NCBI RefSeq assembly: GCF_018350175.1
Contig: NC_058369.1
Location: 27,220,001-27,284,000, forward strand
Reading direction: 5' to 3'
DNA: 64,000 nt
DNA from: Felis catus
Taxonomy: Eukaryota
Below are positions 1 through 11,759 of this stretch, piece after piece (position 1 is the first letter of the stretch; the number at the start of each line of letters is the position of its first letter). Under the pieces are notes generated by a model. It did not search any database. It was not told the DNA's origin and saw only the letters and a list, made by a program, of their open reading frames with translations. The position numbers were made by a program, and so were the translations under genes.

Positions 1-99
1 CTTCTTTCTTAAAAGTTTCTTGGTATATTTGGCCCTTTGCTTTCAGATTTTCAATATCGAAATCGGTTTGTCGTGATGTGTGAAAATCCTCTGGTGGCC

Positions 100-275
100 C
101 TTCTGTTCACACGGAGGTGTTACTTTGCCTCTCTGGCCTGTCTTTCCGTCTGTAAAATGAAAGCAGCATGGTGTCATTTTTACAGGATTGTTTTGAGGAT
201 TAAATCAAATAATGCATGCAAAGGTCCTAGCATAGTACCTGGCACATGTGAAATTCTCAATAAGTAAAATGAGTA
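100..275 (+). mobile_element. MIR SINE remnant (3' part)
   Basis: MIR core and tail: ctttccgtctgtaaaatg...ggattgttttgaggattaaatcaaataatgcatgcaaagg...gtacctggcacatg...ctcaataa. Confidence 0.8.
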
Positions 276-677
276 GTTTTATTATTTTTAGAGTGGAGAG
301 GTGGCCAGCCTGTTGTGGAGGATGCTGGGATCCTGAGAGGAAGGCTGGCTTTTAACTGTGTGGGCTGTCGCACAGGAACTGTATTCTTATTACTACCTTG
401 TCCTCACGTTTTGATGGAGGCTTTTGTGCTTAATGCTAGTAATGTGTGTGTACCACCCTTCACGCTTAAAGGGTTTTCACTCGGTCATATTTGGATTGTT
501 CAGGAAACTTGAACAAGTAAGCTTGCACATATTTGGAAATAGACTGGAGCTTCAGTTGAGTCTGGGAAGCTCTATCAGGACACTGGGGTGAGAGGTAATG
601 AGGACCAGAATCTTCTACTCCACCACCTACATGTCAGCTATCATGCAGGATGATAACCCGCGGAGGTAGAGGTGAGG

Positions 678-866
678 TAGGATTGCCAGAGAAGATGTAG
701 GACATTCAGCTCCATTGGAATCTCAGGTAAACAATGAGTAACTTTTTTTTTTTTTTTTTTAGTATTAACTATGTCCCAAATATTGCATGAGACCTACTCA
801 TATTAAAATTTATTCACTTATCTGAAATTCAAATTTAACTGAGCATCTTAGGTGGTTTTTGTTGTG

Positions 867-901
<35 letters not shown>

Positions 902-931
902 TTTTTTTATCAGCTAAAACTGGCAACCCTA
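678..931. mobile_element. MER53 non-autonomous hAT DNA transposon (palindromic MITE), full length
   Basis: Terminal inverted repeats taggattgccag / ctggcaacccta; central tatgtcccaaatattgcatgaga; ttatctgaaattcaaatttaactg; flanks ggtgagg/ggtgggg resemble a TSD; internal poly(T) and (TTTA)n expansions. Confidence 0.85.
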
Positions 932-1544
932 GGTGGGGGACATTGTCATTCCTTCTACGTGTTATGACTGTACTCTAATAATTTAGTGCATACATTGTCT
1001 TTCAATGGCGTGCAGTCTAACCTCTTCTTTTGGCAAATGTGGAAACTGAGATCCAGAGGTTCAGAGCTGGTTAAATGCAAATTTCGGATGATTCTACATC
1101 TCGTGTTCTTCCTAATGCTTCTAAATGTGCAAAAGGACACAGTCAACTTTTCATTATTCTCATCCTGGAGAGGTAAAGACCTCTACCACCACTGACCTTC
1201 AGTCATGTGCAGGTTCTGTGACAGGCCCTGGCCACCGGGCCAGTATCTGGTCACCCAGGTGTGAAAGGCTCAGGATTCTATAAAGTTTCATGCTGATCTG
1301 GAGTTTGAAGGGCATAAGGGTAAATGGCCCACATTTGAGGGCCTCTGTTGGAATGATTGCTTTGTCAAAGCCTTCAGTTACTATAGTGCTAGGGATCAGA
1401 GAGGCAGATAAAAGCAAAGAAATCTTTAGATTAAAAAAAAATGATGAAGGGGAAGGAAAGATGAACAGATAGGAAGAGATACTGCCACTTCGTGGCATCT
1501 GGAGGGACTGGAGGACATAATGGTGGAGAAGGGCTCCACTGGGA

Positions 1545-1700
1545 GAGTCAAGTGGGATAATAAGATTTAATATCAGAAATTTTTTTCCCCTAAAATGAAG
1601 AGCCTTAGCCTGAGAAAGGGCTCCCAGGGGCCTCTTTGATGAAGAGTCCCATTGCTGGAGTCGTTTAAAGCCAGAACTGAGCAAAGCAACGGAAAGTGAA
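1545..1700 (+). mobile_element. Possible L3/CR1 LINE 3' remnant
   Basis: aatatcagaaattttttcc...gaaagggctcccagggg...gagtcccattgctggagtcgtttaaagccagaactg loosely resembles the CR1 3' region; highly decayed. Confidence 0.4.
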
Positions 1701-2709
1701 CTGAAGGAAAGCCTCCCCTGAATATCTTTTGGGACAGCCTTGATAATCTGATCGGTCTTTCTTTTCTCCATGCCCGTGAATCTCTGGTTCATATGAAAAC
1801 ATAATGGTTAAAACTCTCAGGGAACCAGAAATTGAAAATTTAATTGAAAGTAATTTTCATACAGTGAAGTATGGTTTAGAAATTCAGTGTGCGTGTGCGT
1901 GTGTGTGTTTTAATCCAGGATAGTGTGAGCAATGAGTCTTCAAATCCTCACCAGGCCAAAGCTTTGTTTCTACCTTGCTGAGCTGTTACTGTTCCTCACC
2001 TCTCATTTCAAATTATTTTTATGTGACACTTGGATGATTATGCCTATTTGACTTCATTTTTCTAACTAAATAGTCTTCAGGAAATAGATCGCCCAGCTTC
2101 CTTTGAAGCTCTAAATAAACATTCACAGTATCTATGTGCTATAAAATCAGCTCCTCTATGATGCTGATCCAAGGCATGAAAATTGCCCCTCCTGGCGCTG
2201 GATGCCAAGCCTGGTTGACCTTCCCAATTTTTCAGCTGCAAATCTGAAAACAAACCCAGCTGTTGCAGAGAAACATCAGGCATAGGCACACATTAGATAA
2301 GTGTTCATGTTTTTCTTTCATAGCAGATGGCCTCACAGGAGATGAATCACGTAAACCACCCTACCTGTTAGCACGCCTTCATTGCCGTGATTTTATTTTC
2401 CTACATCAGTTCTAATATTCCTGGTAACAGGCTTTTTTTAAGGCAATTTGGGGAGCAGCTATTGTCTTTTGCTTTGTATCCTACATGCCTTCCACACGAG
2501 GAAGAATGACCCGTTGTGGATTCGCCCTTTCTCTTCCAGCTCTCTCTCCCCAGCCCCACCTCTGCAGCCCCATGGGCCTCCCTGCTTCCCCCTGCATCTT
2601 CTTTGCTGTCTCTCCTGTGGCTGCAGCCATAGGAAGCTTCCTTGAGGAGAGCCTTGATCCTATCTCTCTCCTGCTCCGAAATTGTCAATAGCTCCCCGTT
2701 TTCTAAGAG

Positions 2710-3600
2710 GCATTTCCCCTAAAACATCCCTCTTTCACACACCATCTCCATTATCTCTGCTGTTTCCCCCTTCCTTCTGTGTGCTGTTGTTTATTTCATA
2801 TTTATCTTTAAATGGACTCACTTTTTTTTTTCACTTAAATGTATTCTAGGAGGAAACTTTATCTGTAAGTAAATGGGAAGCCAGTATCATCTATCATAAA
2901 TAGAAGCTAACAATAAATGCAATGAAAGCAAAACAAAACAGAAGTAGTATCTTCTAGCCAGATATTACTGCCTGAGGCTATAAGCCTGAGGCCTGCTCTC
3001 ATGTGTAAGCTTGCTCTCTTGCTCTCTCTGTCTCTCTTTCTGCTTACAAAGGTGAATGATTATTCAGTTATCTTCCATTTGTCCCTCAGGATACATTTTC
3101 CTCCTATGGGAGGCCATATGGGAGGCTCCTATGGGAGCCTATGGGAGCCCAGTAGGGTATAGGAGTGAGAGTATGGATCCGGGGCTTTGTGTTTGGTTTC
3201 CCCAGACTTGTAGTGCTTCTGACCAAAGGTTACTGCTTGTTTTAGGGTGCTTTGTTCCACATGGCTCTCCTCTCCTGGATTATGGCAAACTCCCTTCTCT
3301 AGTCCCTTTAGGCCTAGAGTTGGTAACCAAGTGTCTTTACTAGCCCTGGTTTACTGCACTGCCCTTATGCTTCGCTATACTTGTGGTTTGTCAATAGTCC
3401 CTTTGTTAATCCATCCTCAGATTCTCCTATTTGACATGTCCTATCTCTCTATGGAGACCCTGACTGACACAGTTGTCATGACCTAGACGTTCTAGATAAA
3501 TCTGCATCAGTTGAGACTCTCCTTGGGTTCATCAAAGATTAGAAGGGGATGGATTGATATACTGTCTGTGTCCCACTGTGGTGCATACCAGTGACACATG
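2710..3600. mobile_element. hAT-Charlie-type DNA transposon remnant (Charlie4-like), interrupted by an LTR at ~3063-3471
   Basis: taaatgggaagccagtatcatctatcataaatagaagctaac...ctagccagatattactgcctgaggctataagcctgaggcctgctctc; similarity resumes at ~3505 (gttgagactctccttgggttcatcaaagattag). Confidence 0.55.
3063..3471 (+). mobile_element. ERVL solo LTR, LTR33-like
   Basis: ccctttaggcctagagttggtaacc...tactagccctgg...aatagtccctttgttaa...accctgactgacaca 3' end; short ctatgggag repeats at 3103-3147. Confidence 0.7.
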
Positions 3601-4121
3601 TGTTATGCACTCAGGGACATACCTTTCTATGGAATTCTATGGGATTCAAGCTGGACTGGAGTCCTCACCCTTCTCCTCCTGTTTTCTTCCACATACCCTT
3701 TGTTACAGACCAATGAACTTGATGCTGTTCCTTGTTCCTGCTGCATGGTTCCTCACCTTTGGTCTGTATTTAGCCTGTTTCTTCTGCTTAGAAAGAATAC
3801 CTCCATCTCTGTGGTGAATTTGGTCCCTATTCTGATGCTGCCTTCTCTATCAGGGCCTCATTGATCTGATTGCTTCTTTTGTAGTGCCAAGTGACTCTCT
3901 TAATATTGTCTCCATTTCCCCCAAACCCTGTATGTCCTTCCCTTCACATCTTTCATGGGATGCAGAGGAGCAAAGAGTTGGCTCCAGGCTGAGCTGAGAC
4001 TCTATACAGTAGTGTCAGCCTCTTGGACCCACCTCTGACACCAAGTGACTCCTTCTCATGGCTGATAATATTCTTGCTTGTATTATGATAATGCCTTTTC
4101 TCCTGTACTATATGTAAGTCT

Positions 4122-4235
4122 CCATTCATTAATTTAACAAATGGTAATTAAAACCTACAAAGTTCCAGGTACCTCGTAGGTGCTGGACATATAGTGATAC
4201 GTAAAATAACATGATCCCTATCCCAAGGAGCTAAA
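4122..4235 (-). mobile_element. L2 LINE 3' end fragment
   Basis: ccattcattaatttaacaaat...ttccaggtacc...gtgctggacatatagtg...atgatccctatccc is the reverse of the L2 3' terminus. Confidence 0.6.
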
Positions 4236-5709
4236 GGCCATAGAAAACTGCAGAAACTCTTTGAGACTGAACCATTCTAAGGAAGCCATTGACTTTATGT
4301 CCCCATCAATAATTTATTTACACACAGACATACACGAACAGCGTGTATTGGTTTATCATTGGGGTTGAAACCAACCTGTGTTTTGAGGTCTTCTTGGGAG
4401 ACAACTTATATGCCTTCTTCAAAGGGTTATTATAAGGGGGTCGTATACCACATGAAAGGTCTCTTAATATCCAGCACCAAATAAGAGCTCAGTATGTACA
4501 TCAGAGGTGGTAGTTGGAGGGGAGTAGTCATTAGACAGTAAAAGGTTGGAAACTGGCTCTCTTAGAAAAAAGCAAGATTGATATTTGCTTGAGAGCACTT
4601 GGGTTCAGACTCCTAGTTCCAAGTACCTGGGCTGTGATTATAAACAAGCTTGCAGGGAAACCCTCAGTAAACCCGAACAGGAGCTGCAGAAGGAGCTGAA
4701 GGTATTTAGAGAAAACAAACTACCACAGGCAGAGAACAAGTCAGCCCAGAAAATTCACACACCTTCCACTAAGATTCTATGTGTGCAAATTTTTTTTGGT
4801 ACACTCTAGAACTGACCTAGGAATACCGAGGATTAAACAGGTTGTCAACACATATTCACCATATTGAGTCCATTTTGGTTGTATAATATCACAAACCCTA
4901 TTTAAGGATGGTGCTGGGCATGGTCTATATTTTGAATACAGACTCTTATTCCCCTCCTAAGAGAATTTACAACTGACAGATTATTACAAGGACTAATCTT
5001 TTTCTCCTTATCAGAGAAATGTAACTTGGAAGATAGTGGGAAAAACTCCACCTTCTCTATTTTGAAAGACCAAAAAGTGTTAGTTTGTGAGATTGCCCTG
5101 GGTCCTTCATCTTGGAGAAGGATATGCAGAATCCCTTTCCTGGCTTCCAGAGAGAACTTGGCTTCATGGAAGCCCATGGATATCTTTCATACTGTCCCTC
5201 TTAAAGAGCGAGCAGCTGAATTTCCTGAATAAGAATCACTGCTTTCTCTTTGAATACTTATTTTGTATGACCAGCAGTGGAATGAAACTTTATAACTAGC
5301 TCATTCTGAGAAGAACCCTCTGAAGTGGTTACACTTTCCCATTTAGCATGTGATGAATTGGAGGTCCATCAAGGTCCAATATCTTGCCCACAGGACACTC
5401 AGATGGTGAGTAAGGAGCATTCAGTTCTCCCTGATGCCCAAACTTGTTCTCTTTTTACTTGCTCACATGGTCTCTCAACACCTTGTGTTCCAGATGTTAG
5501 GTTAGGTGGATCTGACATGGAGTATTTGATAGCTTTTAGCTGGAATTCTGCTTACCGCCTTAGTACAATGACTGATGTTCTAAAGACGACTCCAACCCAC
5601 TGCTGTGTCCTGAAATTAGTCTGAAGTAGGAGGGAGACCTGACCACTGAGCAAAGTTTGCATGTTACAGTACAAGGAGGGGCTCTGATTCTCGTACCACA
5701 GTGCCATGC

Positions 5710-5836
5710 ATGTTTGTTTCCTCATTTGTAACCACCTCTCCTACCAGACTATAAATTCCACAAGGCAGAGGCCATAACCATGGTGGTAATCCTCTCTTCC
5801 TGATGCCTAGCAACAAATAATTGTTGAAAGAATGGA
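5710..5836 (+). mobile_element. L2 LINE 3' end fragment
   Basis: cctaccagactataaattccacaaggcagagg...atgcctagcaacaaataattgttgaaagaatgga. Confidence 0.55.
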
Positions 5837-7512
5837 TTCTATCTGAAATGGTAATCTACATGTAACACACATGACTTAAGTCTATTTGCCTGAATTTCTC
5901 AGCAGATAGTTCTGTCCTTTCTGACACGTTGTCTCCTGGTTTGTATAATTTATTCATAGGGTTCTTCTTAGCGTACTAATAAATTCCTATGGGACTTAGA
6001 CTCTTTATATGCTGTGGAATCCGCCACCATAAAGTGTTCATAAGAAATGACTTTAGAAATATTGTTTGGGGCTATGCCAATTATGAATTTCTGAATACTC
6101 ATGTCTGGGCTCCTCTCTGCCTCTGAGTATGCAATGTGGATATTGGCACATCTTTGTATTAAGATATGCATAGATTCTGATTTTAAAAAATGGTTGGGAG
6201 GTAGCAGGAGAGGAAAGTCTATCAGAAATCTCTACTCTCTGAAACATAGACACTTCACAAACCCTGGCATGAGTTTTAACAAACACATACATAGCATTCG
6301 TACGTGGTTTGTTTGCTTATGCATCTAGATGATATGATCGATGAACAGGGCCCTGCATCTGTTGTAGGCAGGAAATTGTAGCCTCGTGTCTTGCTACTGC
6401 AATGAAATCTGAGGTGCTTTTTGAGTTTTGTTTTCACCCTTTGACAAAATTGAGTCCTGCCTACATACCAACTGAGAAGCCAGCCTATTTGGGAGCTTGA
6501 AGCTACCCTACTTGATGGCCTCCCTCTACCCACCAAAGCATAGCAGATGCTGAACAGGAAAAGGACCTCTGGAGAGTTGACGTCCACCAGTTTCTCTGAC
6601 TTCTGCCAAGTGACTTTGCAAGTGTTCCCAAAAGTCCTTCACTGCCTCTGTGGGTGTGAAGAACCCCTGTGCAGTTCAAGGGCTTGTGAAATCACGTGAA
6701 ACAGGATTGAAAGCCTTCTGGCAAAGCAATTGCAGTTGGAATTAGCTATGTCACCAAGCCACATCCTGGCTTAAATGATGTTGTTTGTATCCAACTGCAC
6801 TCAACAAGTCCCAAAGCCTTCTGTCAAGCACAGAAACCTGACTAGAGCATTGACTCTTAGCTCCTCTCCTTTGTGTGGGAACAAAAAGGATTGCTCTTCC
6901 ATACCTCTGTGTTTGAGCCCAGAAGGAGTATGTTCCCCACAGGGAAATGTCACTAATATTGAAGTGGATGAAATCCTGGGATTTCTGAATATGGTATACA
7001 AATACAGAAAGTTATGGATTAAGAGGCAGAAGGGAGACAGGTCCTCGGCTTCTTGTTCCTTAAGTGTGCCTCTGGAAAAAGGAAATGCAGACATGTCCAC
7101 ATCAATAAACAGTATTTCTAAGGCTCTGTGTTTTTAATCACAAAATGGAGGAAGAACAGTGCCTGTTGTTGGGGATCAGTGAGGGGCCCTGTTGGAAGAT
7201 CCATGCAGACCTCTTAGCACAGCCTGTGGCAGATAATGTGCTCCCACCAGGTAGCCAGTGCTGCACGGGGTTATCAGGGTATGAAACGTGTGTGCGTGTG
7301 CATGCACGTTAGGAGTATAGGCCTTAGAATCCAAAAGATAGAAATAGGTGTCAGGAGACAGGATCTGATCACAGCTAGACCATTCTCAGACAGGTGACAG
7401 GTGCTGGAGTTCCAAGCCAAAGTACCCCTTCCATGGCAGTTCACGTATTATGTACCACATGACCTCCTGTAATGCATTTGCTCTGGTGCCTGAAAGGTTC
7501 CATGTGCCCTCT

Positions 7513-7726
7513 TTTAAAAAATAAAAATAAAAAATTGTTTTTGAGAGAGAGTGAGAGAGTGAACGGGGGAGGAACAGAAAGAGAGAGGGAGACACAGAAT
7601 TCAAAGCAGGCTACAGGCTCTGAGCTGTTGGTGCAAGAGCCCAATGTGGAGCTCAAACCCACGAAGTGTGAGAACATGACCCAAGCTGAAGTTGGACACT
7701 TAACTGTCTGAGCCATCCAGGGACCC
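7513..7726 (-). mobile_element. Can-SINE (SINEC_Fc-type)
   Basis: (GA)n tract, gacacagaattcaaagcaggctacaggctctgagctg...ctgagccatccaggg; reverse of tRNA-derived head. Confidence 0.9.
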
Positions 7727-7737
7727 TCTCGCTCTCT

Positions 7738-7956
7738 TTGTTGTTGTTGTTGTTTTTAATGCTTATTTATTTGGAGAGAGCATGTGAGTGAGCAGGGGAA
7801 GGGCAGAGAGAGAGAGGAGAGAGAGAGAATCCCAAACAGGCTACGTGCTGTCAGCACACAGTCTGATGCTGGGCTCATTCCCACAAACCATGAGATCGTG
7901 ACTTGAAGGGAAATCAAGAGTCAGACACTTAACTGACTGAGACACCCAGGCACCCC
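7738..7956 (-). mobile_element. Can-SINE (older carnivore subfamily)
   Basis: gagagaatcccaaacaggct...gaaatcaagagtcagacacttaactgactgagacacccaggcacccc; degenerate TSD tccatgtgccctct (7499) / tccatgtggctctct (7957). Confidence 0.9.
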
Positions 7957-8620
7957 TCCATGTGGCTCTCTAATTAGAGACTAAAACAACACACATTAAG
8001 ACTAGGTACTTGGATTTTGATGCCTCAATTCAAAGAATGATTCTACGATTTGGCTTATATATTTTTTGTTCTTTGTGTTTGTGTTTATTGGTGGTAGGGT
8101 AGAGGTAGACCTAGAACTTCTGTGTTTTAGTGACCTGAAATCAGAAATTGTTTTAGAGTAGCAAATAAGAAATTACCTATTTTTCACTTCTGCTCTGAAA
8201 ATAACATTGATTCACCTTCTTGGTAATGAACCACTGTACTTCCTAAATTTGTCAGACTTCTCAACCGTATCCCTGTATCAGAAGACTATATGGCTCACTG
8301 GTGAGATAACAGCGGCCTATGGTTTGGGAAGAATCACTGCCTTAATGATTTGAAAATCTTGCCTTCTTCCCCCTCCTCAGTCTCCTAATGCTGGAGAGGG
8401 TAAAATTATTGCTAAGGGTCTGGGTCTGGGAGAGTAGCCAGAACAGCCTGCCAAGTGCAAAATTGTTTGGAAGAATCAATGTTTAGCTAACAAATTCATG
8501 CAAGGTTTTCATTTTATTCCATTCTGTATCCATGTTTGTTCTAATATTGATAGTAAAATGTTTATATGATAGCCCCCATAATACACAAAAATGTTAAGTA
8601 CAATTAAGACTGCAAGATCT

Positions 8621-8830
8621 GGGCGCACCCGGGTGGCTCAGCCGGTTGAGCATCCGACTTTGGCTCAGGTCATGATCTCTCGGTTTGTGAGTTCGAACCC
8701 TGTGTTGCGCTCTGTGCTGACAGCTCAGAGCCTGGAACCTGCTTCGGATTCTGTGTCTCCCTCTCTCTCTGCCCCTCCCCGCTCACACTCTATCTCTCTC
8801 TCAAAAATAAATAAACATTAAAAAAAATTA
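8621..8830 (+). mobile_element. Can-SINE (SINEC_Fc) whose tail and 3' TSD are inverted
   Basis: gggcgcacccgggtggctcagccggttgag A-box, gttcgaacc B-box, (CT)n, aataaa tail; flanked by the 16 bp inverted repeat 8606-8621 / 8834-8849. Confidence 0.95.
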
Positions 8831-8877
8831 ATACAGATCTTGCAGTCTTTTTTTTTTTTTTTAAGTCCACAGTTTCA

Positions 8878-9080
8878 GGGGAGTCTGGATGGCTCAGTGG
8901 GTTAAGCGTCCGACTTCAGGTCATGATCGTGTGGTTCGTGGGTTCGAACCCCACGTTGGGCTCTGTGCTGACAGCTCGGAGCCTGGAGCCTGCTTTGGAT
9001 TCTGTGTCTCCCTCTCTCTCTGCCCCTCCCCTGCTCATGCTCTGTCTCTCAAAAATAAATGCTAAAATAAATTTTAAAAA
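8878..9080 (+). mobile_element. Can-SINE (SINEC_Fc)
   Basis: Full head-to-tail match; TSD aagtccacagtttca (8863-8877) / aaatccacagtttca (9078-9092). Confidence 0.95.
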
Positions 9081-9519
9081 TCCACAGTTTCACTGACTGC
9101 CAGATGGAAGACATGGAAGAGATTTATTTGAAACTGTAAATCTTAAATACTTTATCACCCTTTCACTCTATTCAAACTTAAACCCGGTCTAAGACTAGAT
9201 TGGGAAGGGACTTAGGTGTGGTTTTCAGAAAAAGTCCAGAGCATGCCCCTGAAGTATTGATAAGGTGTATCCTGTCCCACGAACTGCTGTAACATCCTGG
9301 AGGAGAGCCCTATATTAGGTTAAAACAGGAAAAAAATCCAGCCTTAGTCTGTGATGGTGAAAAATACAGATGTTTCAGACAGTAACTGTTTGAATCACCT
9401 TTATCAGGTGTTTGCCTTGGCTTGGATAAGCAGGGAATCTTCACTGTGTATTCAGAGGGGCCTTTCTAACCCTCCTCCAATGTGGAGGATAAAACAGCCT
9501 AAATTCTGCCCATCATAAC

Positions 9520-10320
9520 TTTATTCATTGAAAAAATACATATATATATGCACACACACACACATATATATATGTATATATATCCTACCATATATTAGGT
9601 CTTACATATACCAGTAAACCAGTAACATATTAATAAACTGTACAATCAGGGACCCTAGTCTAATGGAGCTCACATGCTAGGGTAGGGAGAAAAATGATAA
9701 GTGAACGTAGGAATAAAATAATTTCAAACACTGATATGTGCAACAAAGAAAAACCCCAAGAATGTAAGTAAATTTCTCTACTATTGATTGGGAGGTTGAG
9801 GACGATCTGAGGAGATATCATTTAGATCAAAGATCTTAATGATGAGAAGAAGCCATGCATGTGACAATGAGGGAGAAAAGATCTCCAGGCAAAGGGAATC
9901 ACTAGTGCAAAGGCCCTGAGGTAGAACCAGTTTAGGTATATGTTTTTAAGGCGTTCAGGAAGGCCAATATGGTTGGATGCTTGAAGATTGTGACACAGAA
10001 TCATGAGGGAGAGGTAGGCAGGAGCAGAGCAAGGCAGACCTTGTTACCATAGCAACATGTTTGGCTTTTATTGTGACAGCAGTTGAGAGCCACAGAAGGA
10101 GTTTGAGCAAGAGAGACCTGTGAAGGGTTTTAGAAGATTGTACTGACAGCTGTATAGAAGCTGACCTTCAGGGCCTGCTAGAAGACTTGGGTTTGGCCAG
10201 GTGTGAGCTGTGTTGGCTTAGACTAACGTGACTGTGGTGAGGAGAGAGAGAAGTGGTGGAAGTAAAGATCCACAAGTGAGCTCAGTGGATTCTTCTCAAA
10301 AGAGAAGAATCAAATAATGC
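9520..10320 (-). mobile_element. L2 (L2a-like) LINE 3' region
   Basis: tccaggcaaagggaatcactagtgcaaaggccctgaggtag, aggaaggccaatatggttgga, gagccacagaaggagtttgagcaag are typical L2 motifs; contains a (TA)n/(CA)n tract at 9538-9582. Confidence 0.8.
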
Positions 10321-10324
10321 CTAG

Positions 10325-10595
10325 AGTGGTGCCATCCAGTAGAAATAGAGTATAGGTCACAGAAGTAGTGAAGTTTTCTAGTTGCCACTTAAAAAAGGTA
10401 AAATCAATTTTGATAATACTCTAGATATATTGGCTTAAATAAAATATATTTCAATATGCAATCAATATAAAAAATATTACTGAGAATTTTATCTGTATAT
10501 ATTTCAAACTAAGTCTTTGAACTCTGGCACATTTTTACATTTCTCAGGTCAGCTCCATTTTGCAGTGCTCAGTAGCCAGTGTATTGCAGTGTAGC
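10325..10595. mobile_element. MER33 (hAT-Charlie MITE)
   Basis: ccagtagaaatag...ttttctagttgccacttaaaaaag...aatcaatataaaaaatattactgag...actaagtctttgaa...gtgctcagtagcca. Confidence 0.75.
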
Positions 10596-10946
10596 ATGGC
10601 TGGTTTATCTGGGAGCACCCTGGAACCTAGCGCGGGGCTCTGACAAGGACTTTATCCCTCTGGCATCAGTTTTTTTCTTCCTAATTGGGAGGAAGACTGT
10701 TAGGCTGACTTGTGGGAACTCCTATTCTTCCTCTATCAACTTTGACCTACAAAACTTTGTGAATATTTAGTCCATGGGACTGTGGCCATGACCCTACCCT
10801 TATAGGGGCTGGGCTCAAGGGCATTTGGAAGATGAGGTCTTAAGGTCTGTCTCTCTTGTTTAGCCTTCTCTAAAGTTTCCAGGTTTGTGGGTCTCTTCTT
10901 GCCATAGAGTCTGTAGTGGGCAACTAGTATCAATAGGAAAGAAAAA

Positions 10947-11129
10947 AACTGAAAAGGGCTTTATGTAAACTGTGCTTGGACCAAGTGAAGGCAAATGACT
11001 CCATGGGATTTTGTAAACAAAGTGTTGGATTAAACCCAGCAAATTCAGAAGAACACAAGGCAGCAGCATATACTATTGCAAGTGGCAATTTCATTTTACA
11101 AAACATCATATTTCATGTGAACTTTAATT
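10947..11129 (+). repeat. ~185 bp direct repeat, copy 1 (donor)
   Basis: Aligns to 11878-12063 with 8 substitutions and one 3-nt indel (counted by eye). Confidence 0.95.
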
Positions 11130-11759
11130 GTTTGTGTTAATGTTAATTTCAATTGTTTTGCAGTTTTGTTCTTTTCTAATTTAAGTGTGTGCTTTATAGT
11201 TCTATCAGAGTTGTGATCATTATTATACTTTCATATATATCTAATTATATGCAAAATAGGTAAGCGGACCTTAGTCCATGTGAAAATTTTTCTTTAAAAA
11301 AAAGAAAAGTCTTTAAATTCACCAACTTCACTGAACACTGTTCAAAGTGGTAAGCAGTTTCCAGAAGCTGAGTGGGCGGATGCCCTGAAACCATCTACCG
11401 TTGTTTCACCCTGTGCGCATGAGCTGTGCCTGCATAGTTAGAACTAAATGCTAACTGTATGGCGATAGCAATTAACTACAGACCTCAGGGAGGCTTTAGT
11501 TCTGTATCTGGATACATTGATATTTACTTTAGTACTATTTTGCCTTTGATGTCATATTCATTTTTAATTCTTTAATAGCCTATCAAAAAAGTCCTTTTAG
11601 CCCGCAACAATGTGAATGAAAAGTACTATATTTTGGCTACCTCAAGGATTTTGGAAAGGTTCCTGGAAATCTAACCACCTTTTAAAAATATTTCCATGGG
11701 AATGTATTTCTGAGTTTTAAATCTTGGATTTTTAAACTAAAACTTAATCTATTTTATTA

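Noticed and set aside
1199..1792. Longest ORF (197 aa, minus strand)
   Set aside because: No recognisable domain, Ser/Leu-rich random composition, overlaps a probable L3/CR1 remnant in antisense; a frame of this length is plausible by chance in 64 kb.
8606..8849. Novel TIR-bearing DNA transposon carrying a SINE
   Set aside because: The inverted repeat is fully explained as a flipped TSD plus A-tail, and there is no outer TSD typical of a DNA transposon.
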